Shown one piece after another: positions 22,145-35,330 of a stretch of 64,000 nt of DNA. The first letter of the stretch is position 1. Each line of letters opens with the position of its first letter. The notes below the pieces were generated by a model. The model was given only the letters and a program-made list of their open reading frames with translations. It was not told the origin of the DNA and searched no databases. Origin of the DNA: Cetorhinus maximus (taxonomy: Eukaryota); contig NC_135883.1 in NCBI RefSeq assembly GCF_964194155.1, positions 147,312,001 to 147,376,000 of the forward strand, in the 5' to 3' direction. A program made the translations under genes and the position numbers.

Positions 22145-25100
22145 GTAAGAGCCTCCTTCTTTGGTGTCATGCAGAAAGACAGCCAGAATTCTGCTAATTG
22201 AGTTCAGAGAGCTAATGGATGTCACTGTTGTTTTTGCCACTTAGATTTATGCTGGTGTTGTGGAGATGAAATTATTCACAGCAGTAAGAACCTAAATTAG
22301 ATGAGTTTTGTATTTAATTAGATCCGCATGGGTTGTATGTATAAGACTGATGAATGTTACTTGATTATTTGGAAGTTTTAATGCTGTTTTTTGTGTATAT
22401 TAAAAAAATAAGCTACTATGGTCCCTCAACACTTTCCCTTTGAAAGACTGTCTAGAAATTTTACAGTTATTTGTAAAAGTTTACGAACTGCATTTTGAGT
22501 AACAATCACAAATGGTTGCGGTTTCAATGTAGTGTTTGGACTGATGCTGCAAGAACAGTAGATGCAAGCTTAGTGAAAATAAATAAATGATCCACGAAAT
22601 GCATTATTTTCAAGGCAAAATCAGTTGGATGAATGGCCAACATATTTGTGATAACAGCAAAAAACTAGTCCACTCAAAAAAAAATTGTCCTATATTCTGT
22701 ATCAGTAATAGAGTTTCAATAAAAAGATCAGATTTCTTTGTATCTAAATCCAGTAATGCACAACACTTATACTATACAATACTATTTCCAAAGATGATCT
22801 CTAAGCTAAATCTCCCGGACTTGGTACGTGTGTGAATTTGTAATCAAAACAATGTCCTTGAAAGGATCCAGGTGGAAAAAGATTGAAAAAAACACAAAAA
22901 CAGAACAGGTTATGATTTTTGAGTCCTTTGAATGATTGGAGTACATGCTGACTGCTATGCATTTTTTTTGCCCATCAGTGACTATCTAACACTGAAGGGA
23001 CCCAGAAAAAGATTGTGGTGTAGTCAAAATATGGGTGGAGACTGTTTGTGCAAAGTAGACGAGGGCACCATCTCATTCATCTGCTGTGCCTCCAAATTAG
23101 GCTGCTTTTGTTGGCCATTTGTGTACAGTTGTAGATGATTAGATTTGATCTGTTAATTCACATTCATAACTTTTCAACTATAACTGTGTGTGGAATAAAG
23201 AATGCAATATTTTCTTTAGACTAATTAGTTAGCAATTGTAGAGCATTGGCCTGTAATAAATAAGCTAAAACAGTTGAAGGCAGATTAGAAAATATCTCTG
23301 GGTTTACTATGTTAGTAATAGTAAGTAAACAATTGGCCAATTGCAACACATTCCGAATGATGGCATACAAGAGATTGTGGGCCTAAATTTCACAGTTGGT
23401 TTGTTTTCAACTCCAATCCTCGCTGTCTTCAAATTGCCTCTCCCCGGACATTCCTGTGTGCCTCAATATCGGCTAAAATTGATTTGAATGACAGGCATGG
23501 TTTGTTGAGGCACCTCATTGGGCACCCACAACGCACCTGAATTAAGACGATGAGGCCTGAGAGCAAATTTGGGTTAGCCCTTGGGCCTCTCCATTCTGAC
23601 CCTCTACTTTCATTGTTAGCATTGTGTCCGATTTTGGCACTGATGAATCTAAGCCACTTTGTCTCTGTCACAGGCAGAGAATAGGAATATACAAAACTAT
23701 TGCAGCAGATGAATAGTCAGTATTAACTACTGGAAAACTTTGATCAAAATTAAAAACAGTTGACAAATGTTGACAAAAGTTGACAAAAAAAAATGTTGAC
23801 AAAACATAAACAAAGTATTATATCAGTTTCATTCTCTACTGCATTTTTAACAGAAGCACAAGACTAAAATGTGCTAATTCTTGCTGAGTGCAAACATTTA
23901 TTTTCATATGATGGTTAAAAAGCAGTTGCAGTTGTGTTGGATTTTTCTTTGCCCAGATGAAGAGGAACCCAGGAATAGTAAACCAGGTATCCTGCACTAT
24001 GTATCCCAATAGATCTTGAAGCCTACATTTGATAATTGGTAAGGGTCAAGGCTGTCGGAAAGCTTTTATACCCCACTAGTGCATAATGTTTCTAGTATGT
24101 TTGCATCTGTTTTGTAACCATTGAAGTTGCATGTTGTGGATTATTGCCTGTCACAAGTCACCGTGGTCTCTAACCACATGAGCAAAAAAAGCAAACTTTG
24201 TTTTAATGAAACTAAAAGCAGAGGATGAATTATTTCTTCCATTGTATTAATTACTTTTTAACTCTGCTTTTTATTAAAGCTACTGCGAGAGCCCTACTTT
24301 AGGTCTTAAGCAGAGAAATATATGATTAACCCTAAGATTTATGGATAATATATTATTAAGGGCCATTGTCACCCATTTAAAGTTCACCTTCAATAATAAC
24401 ATTTTTCTGAACCCTGGAAATTCCATTACAGAGGTCAGGTTTTACACAGGAAGTATCTGGATACTATGACAACTATTAATAATTACAGACAATTAGTGTT
24501 AATTCAAAACATAAGTGCTGTAAACATACATTGAAAGGCTATATTCCACCCTGGCTTGGAAAGCTGCGAACAATGCCATTCGACCAAGTTGTTTACTACA
24601 AGTTTTTATTTAAATATTCTAACCCTTTTAAGTGTTCATTAAGTAAAGGAAGCTTTTGAGGACATCACATAAGACAAGAGGAGCAAAATATTTATTCCCT
24701 TTTTTTTCCAAGTTGCTTTATTCTGTAGCTACTTTGCCTTAAAGCACAAAAATGTTGGCAGTGCTTTACTTGGTGAATTGTTTTGCAGGAGATCCCTCTC
24801 CCCCTTCAACAGACGCACATGTATAAATGGTGTGATTAAAAAATATGAGTGAGTTTTTCACACGACCTGTGTTAATGCATTATTCTTAACCTTTTTATGA
24901 GCCTATGCCTGATCTCTTCCCTTGCATGTGGGGCTAGTGAATATCAGACTTCTGTGCAACACAGCATAACATCACAAATTAAATGGTGCATGTATTTCTT
25001 TATCACTCATTCACTTTTGAGTCTTTTTTTTACAACAAAGACATACTTTTTCTAATTTAGCTCTTGGCCTCTCTGAAAACCCCAGATTAATTTCACTATT

Positions 25101-26419
25101 AACCACTTAACCACAGTATTAATTTCCTGAATTACTTTATAGTACAAAGTCAGCATGGACTGGAAAACTGTTAGCGTCATAAGTACATGGATCAAGTGAT
25201 ACATTTTAACTCTTGTTTTGCTGGCTGCATATCCCGGTTTCAGCCGAAGCCTGTGTTACCTAGGTTAACTCTGCTCTAATTTGACTGCCTTAGAGCTAAC
25301 CCGGTAACTTTTTTTTTGTTTTGAATTTGAATCTGCATGCAACAGTTTTATTTAAACCAGCTTTCTTGCACAGGGCTGCCTAAAGTGACATTACTCAAAG
25401 CTGCTTTTATATGAAAATGAAATTTTAAACCAAGAGCAGACTTTCGATAGATTGATTGAAAAGATAATTTTTCTTTGCTTACTGAGGCTGTTTGTACCTC
25501 CATACATCTGTATTGAGTCAACATCCTCAACAGAGCGAAGACTGAACAAACATTTTCAGTTATAGCTGATCACCACGGCGCAATCGGAGCACACACACAT
25601 TAATGCAACAATGAGAGCAGTCTTCTTTAATAGTGTTGTCTGTGCAAAAGCGCAAACCATGTTCCAGATTTGTTAACAATTCATATCGATTTGTCCTTTA
25701 ATCGTCACTCCTATCCAGTGAAAAGGTTCCTTATTCTAACTTTTTATGCTGCAACCGATGGGTCGATGCTCCGCGCACCATAGCTAAAACAACACTGCTG
25801 TTGACTCTTTGTTTAGTATTACAGAGAGCAGCTTTTCTCATAAGAAGCCTTTCTGCGTTACATATGATAGATTGCTCTTGTGGATGTGCAATAGAAAGCT
25901 TCTGCATGTTTTGAAAGCTGTAAAGCAAGCCCAGTAGCCAACGCATTAACCTGCTGTACCTCTGGTGTGTTTATGCTTTTTTAAAAAATGAGCATGTCCC
26001 TAATTAGTAGTGTGCATTTACTTGTTTTAGTTAATTATTACACCAAAATAGAAAGTTAAGCTTCCTTAAGGAGGAAAACTAAAAGCCTTCCAGAATCTTA
26101 ATTCTACCTCTTCTACGCTATGCTACAGTAATTAATATCAGATACTGCTAATGCCTTTTTTTAAATAATCAGAATTTCCACTCATTCCCTTTTGTCACTT
26201 AACGGTGTTATGTTTGCAATGGCACTCGCTGACTGCATGTTGGAATTACAGCAAAATGAGCTGCATACTGTTATTCTGGGAATTCATAAGATTATTGTTG
26301 ACACTGTCGGGCTTGCAACTCTTATTTCATTTCAGTTATTGGTACTGCAGTGCCCACTACCCTATTAGCAATGTGGGACCAATATTTCACATCTTTTGAA
26401 TGTGTTGAATCCTTTATAA

Positions 26420-26870
26420 CTTATATTTATATAGCTTTTATAACATGGTGAAACATCCCAAAGCACTTCATGGGAATGTAACCAAACTAAAATTCAAACT
26501 GAGCCAAAGAAGGAGCTTAGGACAGGTGACCAAGGTAAAGGGAGAGGTTTTAAGTGGATCACAAAGGAAGAGAGAGGGAGGTAAAGTTCCTGAGGAAGGA
26601 ATTCTAGAGTTTAGGGCCAGGACAGCTGAAGACAGGGCCATCAATGGTGGGGTGAAAGAAGTGGAGGATGCACAAGAGGCCAGAGTTGGGGGAGGATCAT
26701 ATGGCTAGAAGAGGTTACGGAGATGGGAAGTTGGTGAGGCCATTGAGGAATTTGAACAGAAGAGTAAGAATTTTAAAATCGAGGCATTGGCAAACTGAAG
26801 ACAGTGTAGATTGGCATGATGGGGACTTGGTGCAGGTTAAGATACGGGCGACAAGAGTTTTGCATGAGAG
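26420..26870 (-). mobile_element. L2-type LINE 3' fragment (second copy ~50460-50950)
   Basis: ATTTATATAGC...CATCCCAAAGCACTTCA followed by a purine-rich body similar to 50480-50900. Confidence 0.55.
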
Positions 26871-27620
26871 ACAGGCTGATATAAGCTGTCATGAAATTCT
26901 CAACTTAATGCTTAATGGAAGATGGGTTTACTGTGGTTATGATCTAAGTCACCAAATGTAAAGGAATCCACAATGAAACAGTTTGTATCTTTCAGTGAGT
27001 ATTAAATAATAATTAATTAAGTTAAGGGCTTGATTTCAATTCAGCAGAAATTGTCGATCTTGGTCAGTGCACTGGGAATTGTAAAAACCCAGGAATGACG
27101 CAGTAAGAGGGTGCTCTCCTTAGATCGAGGTCAGCACTAAGTCTAGAGCAGAGGGTGTCTGTAGTTCCATTCTCCAACACTGAAATTCTATACCCAAATG
27201 TATATTTAAGGTAAAAGCAAAAAACAAACAAAAAAGACATTTCTTGGATTATAATTTGGCCCTTACAGTCACTGGTGTATCTGTTGCTATCCTATATTTG
27301 GAAGACAAAAATATTTCAGAAGATGCAACTTAAAACAGCAGAATTACAGTACCTAAAAAGGTCAGTAAAATCTTGCTGTGTTAGAACAACCATGTGTGCA
27401 ATTGCTGATATTAGAAAGCCTCCGCCACTCTTTTACCTGGATAACAGAGCTGGATGAATAAGGCTTTAGCTCGAGGAATTGGATGCTGTTTACATTCAGG
27501 TGTGGGTTCATATACTGAGCCCATGTTAGGGACCTTGGTGCACATTGAGCTGCTAGTTCTCATATTTTTCCATGTCTCTGGGCACTTCTATCTTTAATCT
27601 TTAAATTATTATTTTTACAG

Positions 27621-27754
27621 AAAGGATCCAACCCAGCACTGGAATCCAGGAAAGCTCTCCATCAGTGCCCATGGACGTGCAGCCCGAGGTATGGATCGGA
27701 CAAGAGCTGCGGAGAATTGGTGATGAGTTCAATTCTCATTACCAAACAGGAAGG
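27621..27754 (+). CDS. BCL2L11: BIM BH3-domain exon
   Basis: Acceptor TTTTTACAG| and donor AGG|GTAATT; phase 1 joins exon 2 in frame. Encodes [45 protein letters not shown] (human [26 protein letters not shown]). Confidence 0.97.
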
Positions 27755-30059
27755 GTAATTAGCCAATCCTAAAACATTTTTTTGATGTGCTTTTGTAACC
27801 TGTTAATAATCGTAGTCTACAGTGTAATGACCATGTGCTACCTTTAGGTAGAGCTTCATCAATAGAGTTTGCAGAGATAACAGATGCTGACTTTGAAAGT
27901 GCTCAATGGACCAGATCTTAAGACATGGTTTTCTTCTGTCATAGATTTTACCCAATCCCAGCTAATCTGCAGAGCAGATTCTGCAAATCTCTCCTCTCCT
28001 GAATCACTGGAGCATTGTTGCATGGTTAGCATTGGCAGCATTTTAGGACCTCACTTCATTCATTTTTCATTCACAAGCCTGAGTGTCAATTGGCTAATTA
28101 ACCACAAAAACCCATCCTAGTCACATTCTCACCTGACATTCCACAAAAATCCACTTTCACCAGAAATCGCTGGATAGTGATTAGTAGCGAGAAGCAGGTC
28201 CACTTTGCCCCTCCTTTACCAGTAGCACTTGTCCTTTGAACTTCAGACAAGGGGTGGGGTGGGGTTGAGAGGCTCTGTATTTGCTTGTTCTTTGGGGAAA
28301 GTCCTAATGAAGTTTCAGATGGTGCAATAATACAGAACATTCAAATCAAAAAAAGAGTTACAAAACTGAAAATGCATTTTACTGTGGCATACCAACAGCA
28401 TAACCAGAGTGTACTCTGAGAGGAGCCAACTACAAACACAGCAGCTCAGCACCAGAGATGTAACTAATTCTGTGATTCCTGGCAATGTCTAATGCTGGCC
28501 TATGATGTAATTACCTTATCAAAAGCATCTGACATATTTGGCAAGATCTCTGACCTAACCATGACACTAGACCGGCATGTTAATGCCTTTTTTGTTTAAC
28601 CAAAACCACAATAATCATAACTGGTCCTCACCATAGGGAGAAGACAGATGGTACAATTTAGCATTGCATAGTACATTTGCAATGTTTTGGTTATATAGTA
28701 AAAACAATATGATGATATCTATGCTAATGGATTTTATAAAGTAGAGTTTTCATTCTAACACTATGATTTGGATCATTAGTGCATCCTTCATGAGGATGTT
28801 AACTCCAAAAGAAGCTACTGATTGTAGCTTCTGCACTGTAACACTGTAAAGGGTAGTTTTTTCCTCCCTCTCTCTTTCCCACCAATACCATATTTCTCCT
28901 ACCCGAATTTGACTTCTTAACAGTGAGATACAACTCCGTGGGTGCCGACAGTGCTGCTACCCTTTACTCAGTGGCCATTGTGCAAGTGTGAGGCTTGGCT
29001 GTTCAACTGTAGAGGCATCATGTACAAGGCAAAGCCTGTTCTCACTTGCTGCCTACAAAGGTGGAATTTTCAGCAAGGACCACTGGAAAGCATTTAAGAA
29101 TGGGAGCAATGCCTTTTTTCTCCTGTCTGTACTCTGGGAGACAGAGTGAAATCTTACTGTTTGGCCAGACAGGACTGATCAGAGAATTAAACATGGGATC
29201 ATCCTTGTCTGCGTAACTTAGCATTCCGGTGCCTTAAACTATCAGGAGATCTTGGAAGTAACCTTTTGATAGGATATTCCAGTAATTTATTAAGCTAATG
29301 TTTGAGTTTATATTTTTAAAAATGTAATTCCATTAACTGCAAAAAGTGCAGGCACTGTAGGACTTGATAACACAGAAACTGATTTGGATGATTTTCAGTT
29401 CATAAATACTGTTCAGAGTTTCTGTGACAGTCTATTGATTCTCCATATAGCATTAACAGGTATAACTAACACAGATAGTGGGCGCCAGAGTTATTTTGAA
29501 ATAGACCGTATTTTCACAGCTACTTGTGATTAATTTTTTTTCTAAATTGATAATGGCTCTAACAGTATCTCAGCTGGCTGAAACAGCGATCAGTGAGCCC
29601 TACAGAACTTGGAAGGTTACAGGTTCAAATCCTGAGCTGGGCTGGATTTTTTGAAATAGTGTGGCTACAATTGGACTCGGTGGGCTGGGGAGAGTATTTC
29701 AGCAAGGGTGCCTGCTGCTGCTCCTGGCCATTACCTAGTGACACTTACTAGAAGCAGGCTTGTATGACCGCGCTAGGGCAGGAAGGCTATCACGGCCAAA
29801 CTTGAACTGACTTCAAGTTTGGCCGTGATAGCCTTCCTGCACCAGCGCGGTCATACAAGCCATCTCAGTCGCTTAATAAGAAGAGGCTTTGAGGGAAGTG
29901 CCTATGGAATCTATTTCAGGAGTGGATGTTTTAAGGAGAGTAGGGAAATAGTGGTGGAACTGTTAATACACATGTCCAGCACATGAATTTCATTGAAAGA
30001 TAACTATATTCCAAATAATGAAACAGCAAACCAAAGATACTAATAGGAAAGTAGCTATT

Positions 30060-32105
30060 CAATGGAGTGCAGCGGGACATACCATGAGCAGTACCAGGCA
30101 TACCTAAGTGTCAACCTGCTAAAGCTACAACACAGTACTACTTGCATGCCAAACAGCAGAAGCAACATGCAACAGACAAAGCTAAGCGATCCCACAACCA
30201 ACAGATCAAATCTAAGCTCTGCAGCCCTGGCCCATCCATTTGTGCATGGTGGTGGTCCATTAAACGACTAACCAGAGGAGTGGACTCCACAAATATCCCC
30301 ATACTCAAAGATGGGGGAGCCCAGCATATTAGTGCAAAAGACGAGGCTGAAACATTTGCCTAGCAAGCCACTTGGTTTCAAGGGCAATGAGGGATGGGCA
30401 ACAAATGATGGCCTTGCCAATGATGCCCACATCATGTGAATGAATAAAGGAAAAAAAAACTTATCTTCAGCCAGAAGTGCCAAGTGGATGATCTATCTTG
30501 GCCTCCTCTGAGGTCCCCTGCATCACAGATGTCAGTCTTCAGCCAATTCGATTCACTCCCCGTGGTATCAAGAAACGGCTGAAGGCACTGGATAGTGCAA
30601 AGGCTATAGGCCCTGACAATATTCTGGCAGTAGTGCTGAAGACTTGTGCTCCAGAACGATTGGTGCCTCTAGCCAAGCTTCCAGTACAGCTACAACATTT
30701 GACATCTACCCAGCAATGTTGAAAATTGCCTGGGTATGACCTATTGACAAAAAAGCAGGACAAATCCAACCTGACCAATTACCGTCGCATCAATCTTCTC
30801 TTGATCATCAGCAAAGTGATGGAAGGGATCATTGACAGTGCTATCAAGCAGCACATACACATCAATACCTTGCTCACTAATGCTTAGTTTGGGTTCTGTC
30901 AGGGTCTATACAGCTTTGGTCCAAACATGGACAAAAGAGCTGAACTCAAGTTGAGCCGAGAGTGACTTCCCTTGACATCAAGGAGCTAGAGCAAAACTTG
31001 AGTCAGTGGGAATCAGGGGAAAGTGCTTCACCAGTTGGAGTCATACCTAGCACAAAGGAAGATGGTTGTGGTTGTTGGAGGTCAGTCATCTCAGCTAGAG
31101 GACATCACTCCAGGAGTTCCTCGGGGTAGTGTCCTAGGGCCAACCATCTTGAGCTGCTTCATCAATAGCATTCCATCCATCATAAGGTCAGAAGTAGGGA
31201 TGTTCGCTGATGATCTCACAATGTTCAATACTATTGGCCTCAGATAGTGAAGCAGTCCACGTCCACACGCAGCAAGACACGGACAACATTCAGGCCTGGG
31301 TTGTTAAGTGGCAAGTAACATTCATGCCACACAAATGCCAGGCAATGACCATCTCCAACAAAACAAGATCTAACCATAGCCCCATGACATTCAATGGCGT
31401 TACCATCACTGAATACCCCATTATCAATATCTTGGGGGTTACCATTGACCAGAAATTGAACTGGACCAGCCATATAAATCCTGTGTCCACAAGAGCAGAT
31501 CAGAGGTTGGGAATTCTGTGATGAGTAACTCACCTCCTGACTCCCCAAAGCCTGTCCACCATCTACAAGGCGCAAGTCAGAAGTGTGATGGAATACTCTA
31601 CACTTTTCTGGATGAGTACAGCTCCAAAAACTCTCAAGAAGCTAGACACCATCCAGGACAAAGCAGCCCACTTGATTGACATCCCATTCACCACCCACCT
31701 TAAACATTCACTCCCTCCATCATCAACACACAATGGCAGCAGTGTGTACCATCTACAAGATGCACTGCAGTAACTCATCAAAGCTCCTTTGAGAGCACCT
31801 TCCAAACCCATGACCCCTACTACCTAAAAAGATGAGGGCAGCAGACGCATGGGAACGCCGCCACCTGCAAATTCCCCTCCAAGCCACTCACCATCCTGAC
31901 TTGAAACTATATAACTGTTCCTTCATTGTCACTGGGTCAAAATCCTGGATCTCCCTCCCTAACAGCACTGTGTGTGTACCTACACTACATGGACTGCAGT
32001 GGTTCAAGAAGGCAGCTCACCATCACCTTCTCAAGGGCAATTAAGGTTGGGCGGAAACTGCTGGCCTAGCCAGCGATACCTACATCCTGTGAAGGAATAA
32101 ATTTT
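30060..32105 (+). mobile_element. CR1-clade LINE (HER1-like), degenerate RT and 3' tail, with a nested SINE tail at ~30361-30460
   Basis: Frameshifted RT pieces KAIGPDNILAVVLKTCAPE, GVPRGSVLGP...MFADD and LGVTIDQKLNWTSHI; 3' tail AAGGGCAATTA...GCTGGCCTAGCCAGCGA. Confidence 0.88.
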
Positions 32106-32976
32106 TTAAAAGCTGTGAATCAAGGGCACTTGATCCTGAAAGAATTAACTTCTTTCAAACCCACTGTTTTGGAAATTACATACCAGAATCACAAACCAGC
32201 ATGAATTAATTATTCCTTACGATCATAAAACTAGATGTTCCCTTTTTGTTCCCAAATAATGTGTTGATGTTGTGATTTGATCATATGCATTTCTCTGAAG
32301 TGATGCACTTTCCCCAAATAAGTTTATATTGGTTAACCACATGGGTTGTCCAGCTGTTGTCATTTTACTGTTTGGTTGCAACTTTTCTGCAGATTGCAAC
32401 CTGTTCTTGACACCAATTTTGCTGGCTGGCCGAGGGAGCATTTAAACCCTGGAACAGTTAATCAGACAGCAGATCTGTGAAAATTTGGACATTTGTTTGG
32501 ATGGTTTAGATTTGCATAGCCAATTGTCTGACTAGATATTTTCACTCACAAAGAGAAGTATTGTGTTAATTTAAGATGTCACAGGGTGTAAGAGTATTGT
32601 GCTTCAGTTCCACAGGAGGGGATATAGAGCCAGTATTACTTTGGACAAGGTGGAGAGCTTGAAAGAGAAGCAGTGGTATAAATGGGACAGTAGGGTGAAA
32701 AATGTAGTTTTTTAAAAAGTGCATTTTAGAAGGTCAACAGAAGTACACAAAATCAACTTTTATATGTCTTATTCTTTTTCATTGCTGTGCCTATTAAGAA
32801 TCTACAGTTTGTTATTATCTGTAACACTACATGATATGCATAGTTGTATGACCTACAATAGGAGCCATTTTATGTTTTCATAACCCTTGCCTCCCATAGA
32901 TTGGATCAGTTCAGGCCATAAACATGGGTACGCTTCTTGCATACCTGCATATTTGCATCTAGCAAAGAAATGAGGA

Positions 32977-33190
32977 GATAAAAACAAAAAACTGCGGATG
33001 CTGGAAATCCAAAACAAAAACAGAAATACCTGGAAAAACTCAACAGGTCTGGCAGCATCGGCGGAGAAGAACAAAGTTGACATTTTGAGTCCTCATGACC
33101 CTTCAACAGAACTAAGTAAAAAAATTTTTACTTAGTTCTGTTGAAGGGTCATGAGGACTCGAAACGTCAACTTTGTTCTTCTCCGCCGAT
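32977..33190. mobile_element. Penelope terminal repeats in inverted arrangement
   Basis: Reverse complement of 9530-9680 followed immediately by a sense partial copy. Confidence 0.85.
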
Positions 33191-35134
33191 ACCGAAAGAA
33201 ATAAGGAGCCCTTTACCAAAACTCCTATCTGAATTTGCAGCATTAATGGTAGAGAAAATGGTCTGGGAGGGAGGTCATTATGTATAATGTACTTACTCAG
33301 TCACTAGTTGAAAGAGAAGATACTAGGTAGAAAATTACATTCCAGGGATGGAAAACTAGGTATCATTGGCATCTTATTAGTGCACCCCATTATTTGCATT
33401 TACGTAGTGTCATATCATGTCAAAACCTCTGAAAGCACTTCACATAATGATTTAGCTTTAAAGTTCAATATTTCAGTGCTGTTCTTAACAATCAGTGCAC
33501 CCTTCTTTTGGTGGTACTAATTGAGAAAAATGTTGGCCAAGATACCAAAAAAAGCTCACTGCTAAACAAAAAGTGCCACGTCATCTTTTACCATTTCATC
33601 TGAAGGACAGTATATCTGACAGTGCAACATTTCTGTATTGGAACACCAGCCTAGACTATGTGCTCAAGCCAAAACCTTCTAACCCAGTGCAGGGAATGTA
33701 GCAACCTGACACTGTTAAACAAGTTGTTTGCTGATTACCACTCTTCTATAACAATGGCTGGAGAGCAGTCAGTAGGGTTGGACAGCTCCTTATTGCCAAA
33801 CCTCAGGAAAATTAAGAAAACCTGTTGCTGTGGGGAGAGAATCGTATTTTTACTGACGTTTGTCACAAATCAAGCCATATTTGTATCCAAGAGGGTGGAG
33901 CTTTTTGGGAGGGGAAAAGCTATAAACAGATTGCTTCTATTTAATGCATATGAGGTCACTTTCTATTTAATACAGCTACGCCACAAGGACAAAAGAAAAT
34001 CGTAAAGATTCTACCTCAAACTGACATTGTTTAACATCTGTGTGACAGCTGCTGTGCTGCTGAACTTCTAATTAAAACTTGAGCCCCTCTAGGATTTATT
34101 TGCTTCACTTTTCCTAAGCATCTTGTAGCAGAAAGATAGTCCCTTTTCCCTTCATATTGCAGGGCTGTATACACAAGGTCACTAGTTTATTGTCATCGAG
34201 TCAGTTAAATGCTGTTTTTATTACCTGGGAATTTGGAATTTTTACCACCACATTTCTGTCTGTTGGCGGCCTTGGCTAGCATCTAATAAGGAGGCTACTA
34301 TTACCTATAATAAGAACCTAGTTAACTGAGTAGGCCAAACTCTGTTTGCATTACATGGAATTCCACCATTTGTTGTCTGTATTTTGAGGATCATGTTGCA
34401 TATTTTTTATTAACCACGAAGAAAATGAAACCAAAGGTCTTGACAATAAGGAATCACCTTTGTAAATATAAAGCACGTTCTCTTTCCCTCGGTACTTACA
34501 GCAGCATACTTCACTTAGGTCACTTTCCATGATAACCATAGATGCCAGTGGAGTGTAAAGTTTCCTTTAATTTTTCAGTCACTGGAAAAGAAATCGGGGC
34601 AGTTAATGACTGCTCAGGCTTTGACCGTTATTCCCTCGGCTCTACATCCTGAGTCAGACTCCCTACGTATTGTTGTCTTTCAGAGTCCTGCATCCCCTTG
34701 GCAGTTTATTTTTAAGGGAACTGAGATTTCAAAATAAACATGTGTACAAGTAAGCAATCTTCAATTTTACTGACATTCCCCACATCGATCATTCTAATTC
34801 ATCTTTCGGGTCCAGCTCCAGCCCACGCCACGTTGAATTTGGATGGGGGTGACTACACAACCTGTTTGCAAACCACCTGCAGATTTCCAGGAGATGCATA
34901 TAAGCAGCTGTACTGACCTGCCTCTATTTATTAACCCATCCGTTCCACTCATGGGTAAGCTGGTCACACTCCCAACAATGACACATCATTTTACATATCT
35001 TAAACCTTTGCTCCCACTTGGGCAATCATCTTAATTTCAGAAAGTGCCTGGCCTTAGACTCAAGGTGAACTGATTACATTCTGAAATAAATATTCCTTTT
35101 GTCTAGAATTAGAAGGAAGCAAGCATTATCTTTA

Positions 35135-35330
35135 ATATGAAATAAAACACAAAATGCTAGAAAAACTCAGCAGGTCTGGCAGCACCTGGGTTCCAAAGAA
35201 GAGTCATATTGGACTTGAAACGTTAACCCTACTTCGTTCTCCACAGATGCTGCCAGATCTGCTGAACTTTCCCAGCATTTTCTGTTTTTGTTTGATTTCC
35301 AGGATCCGCAGTAATTTGCTTTTATTTTTA
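35135..35330. mobile_element. Penelope terminal repeat, inverted pair (older subfamily)
   Basis: AAAACTCAGCAGGTCTGGCAGCA followed by GATGCTGCCAGATCTGCTGAACTTT. Confidence 0.75.

Noticed and set aside
22145-22197. C-terminal GKSLLLWCHAERQPEFC of the ORF-track protein 21835-22197
   Set aside because: Read-through past the exon 2 donor into the intron; not part of spliced BIM.
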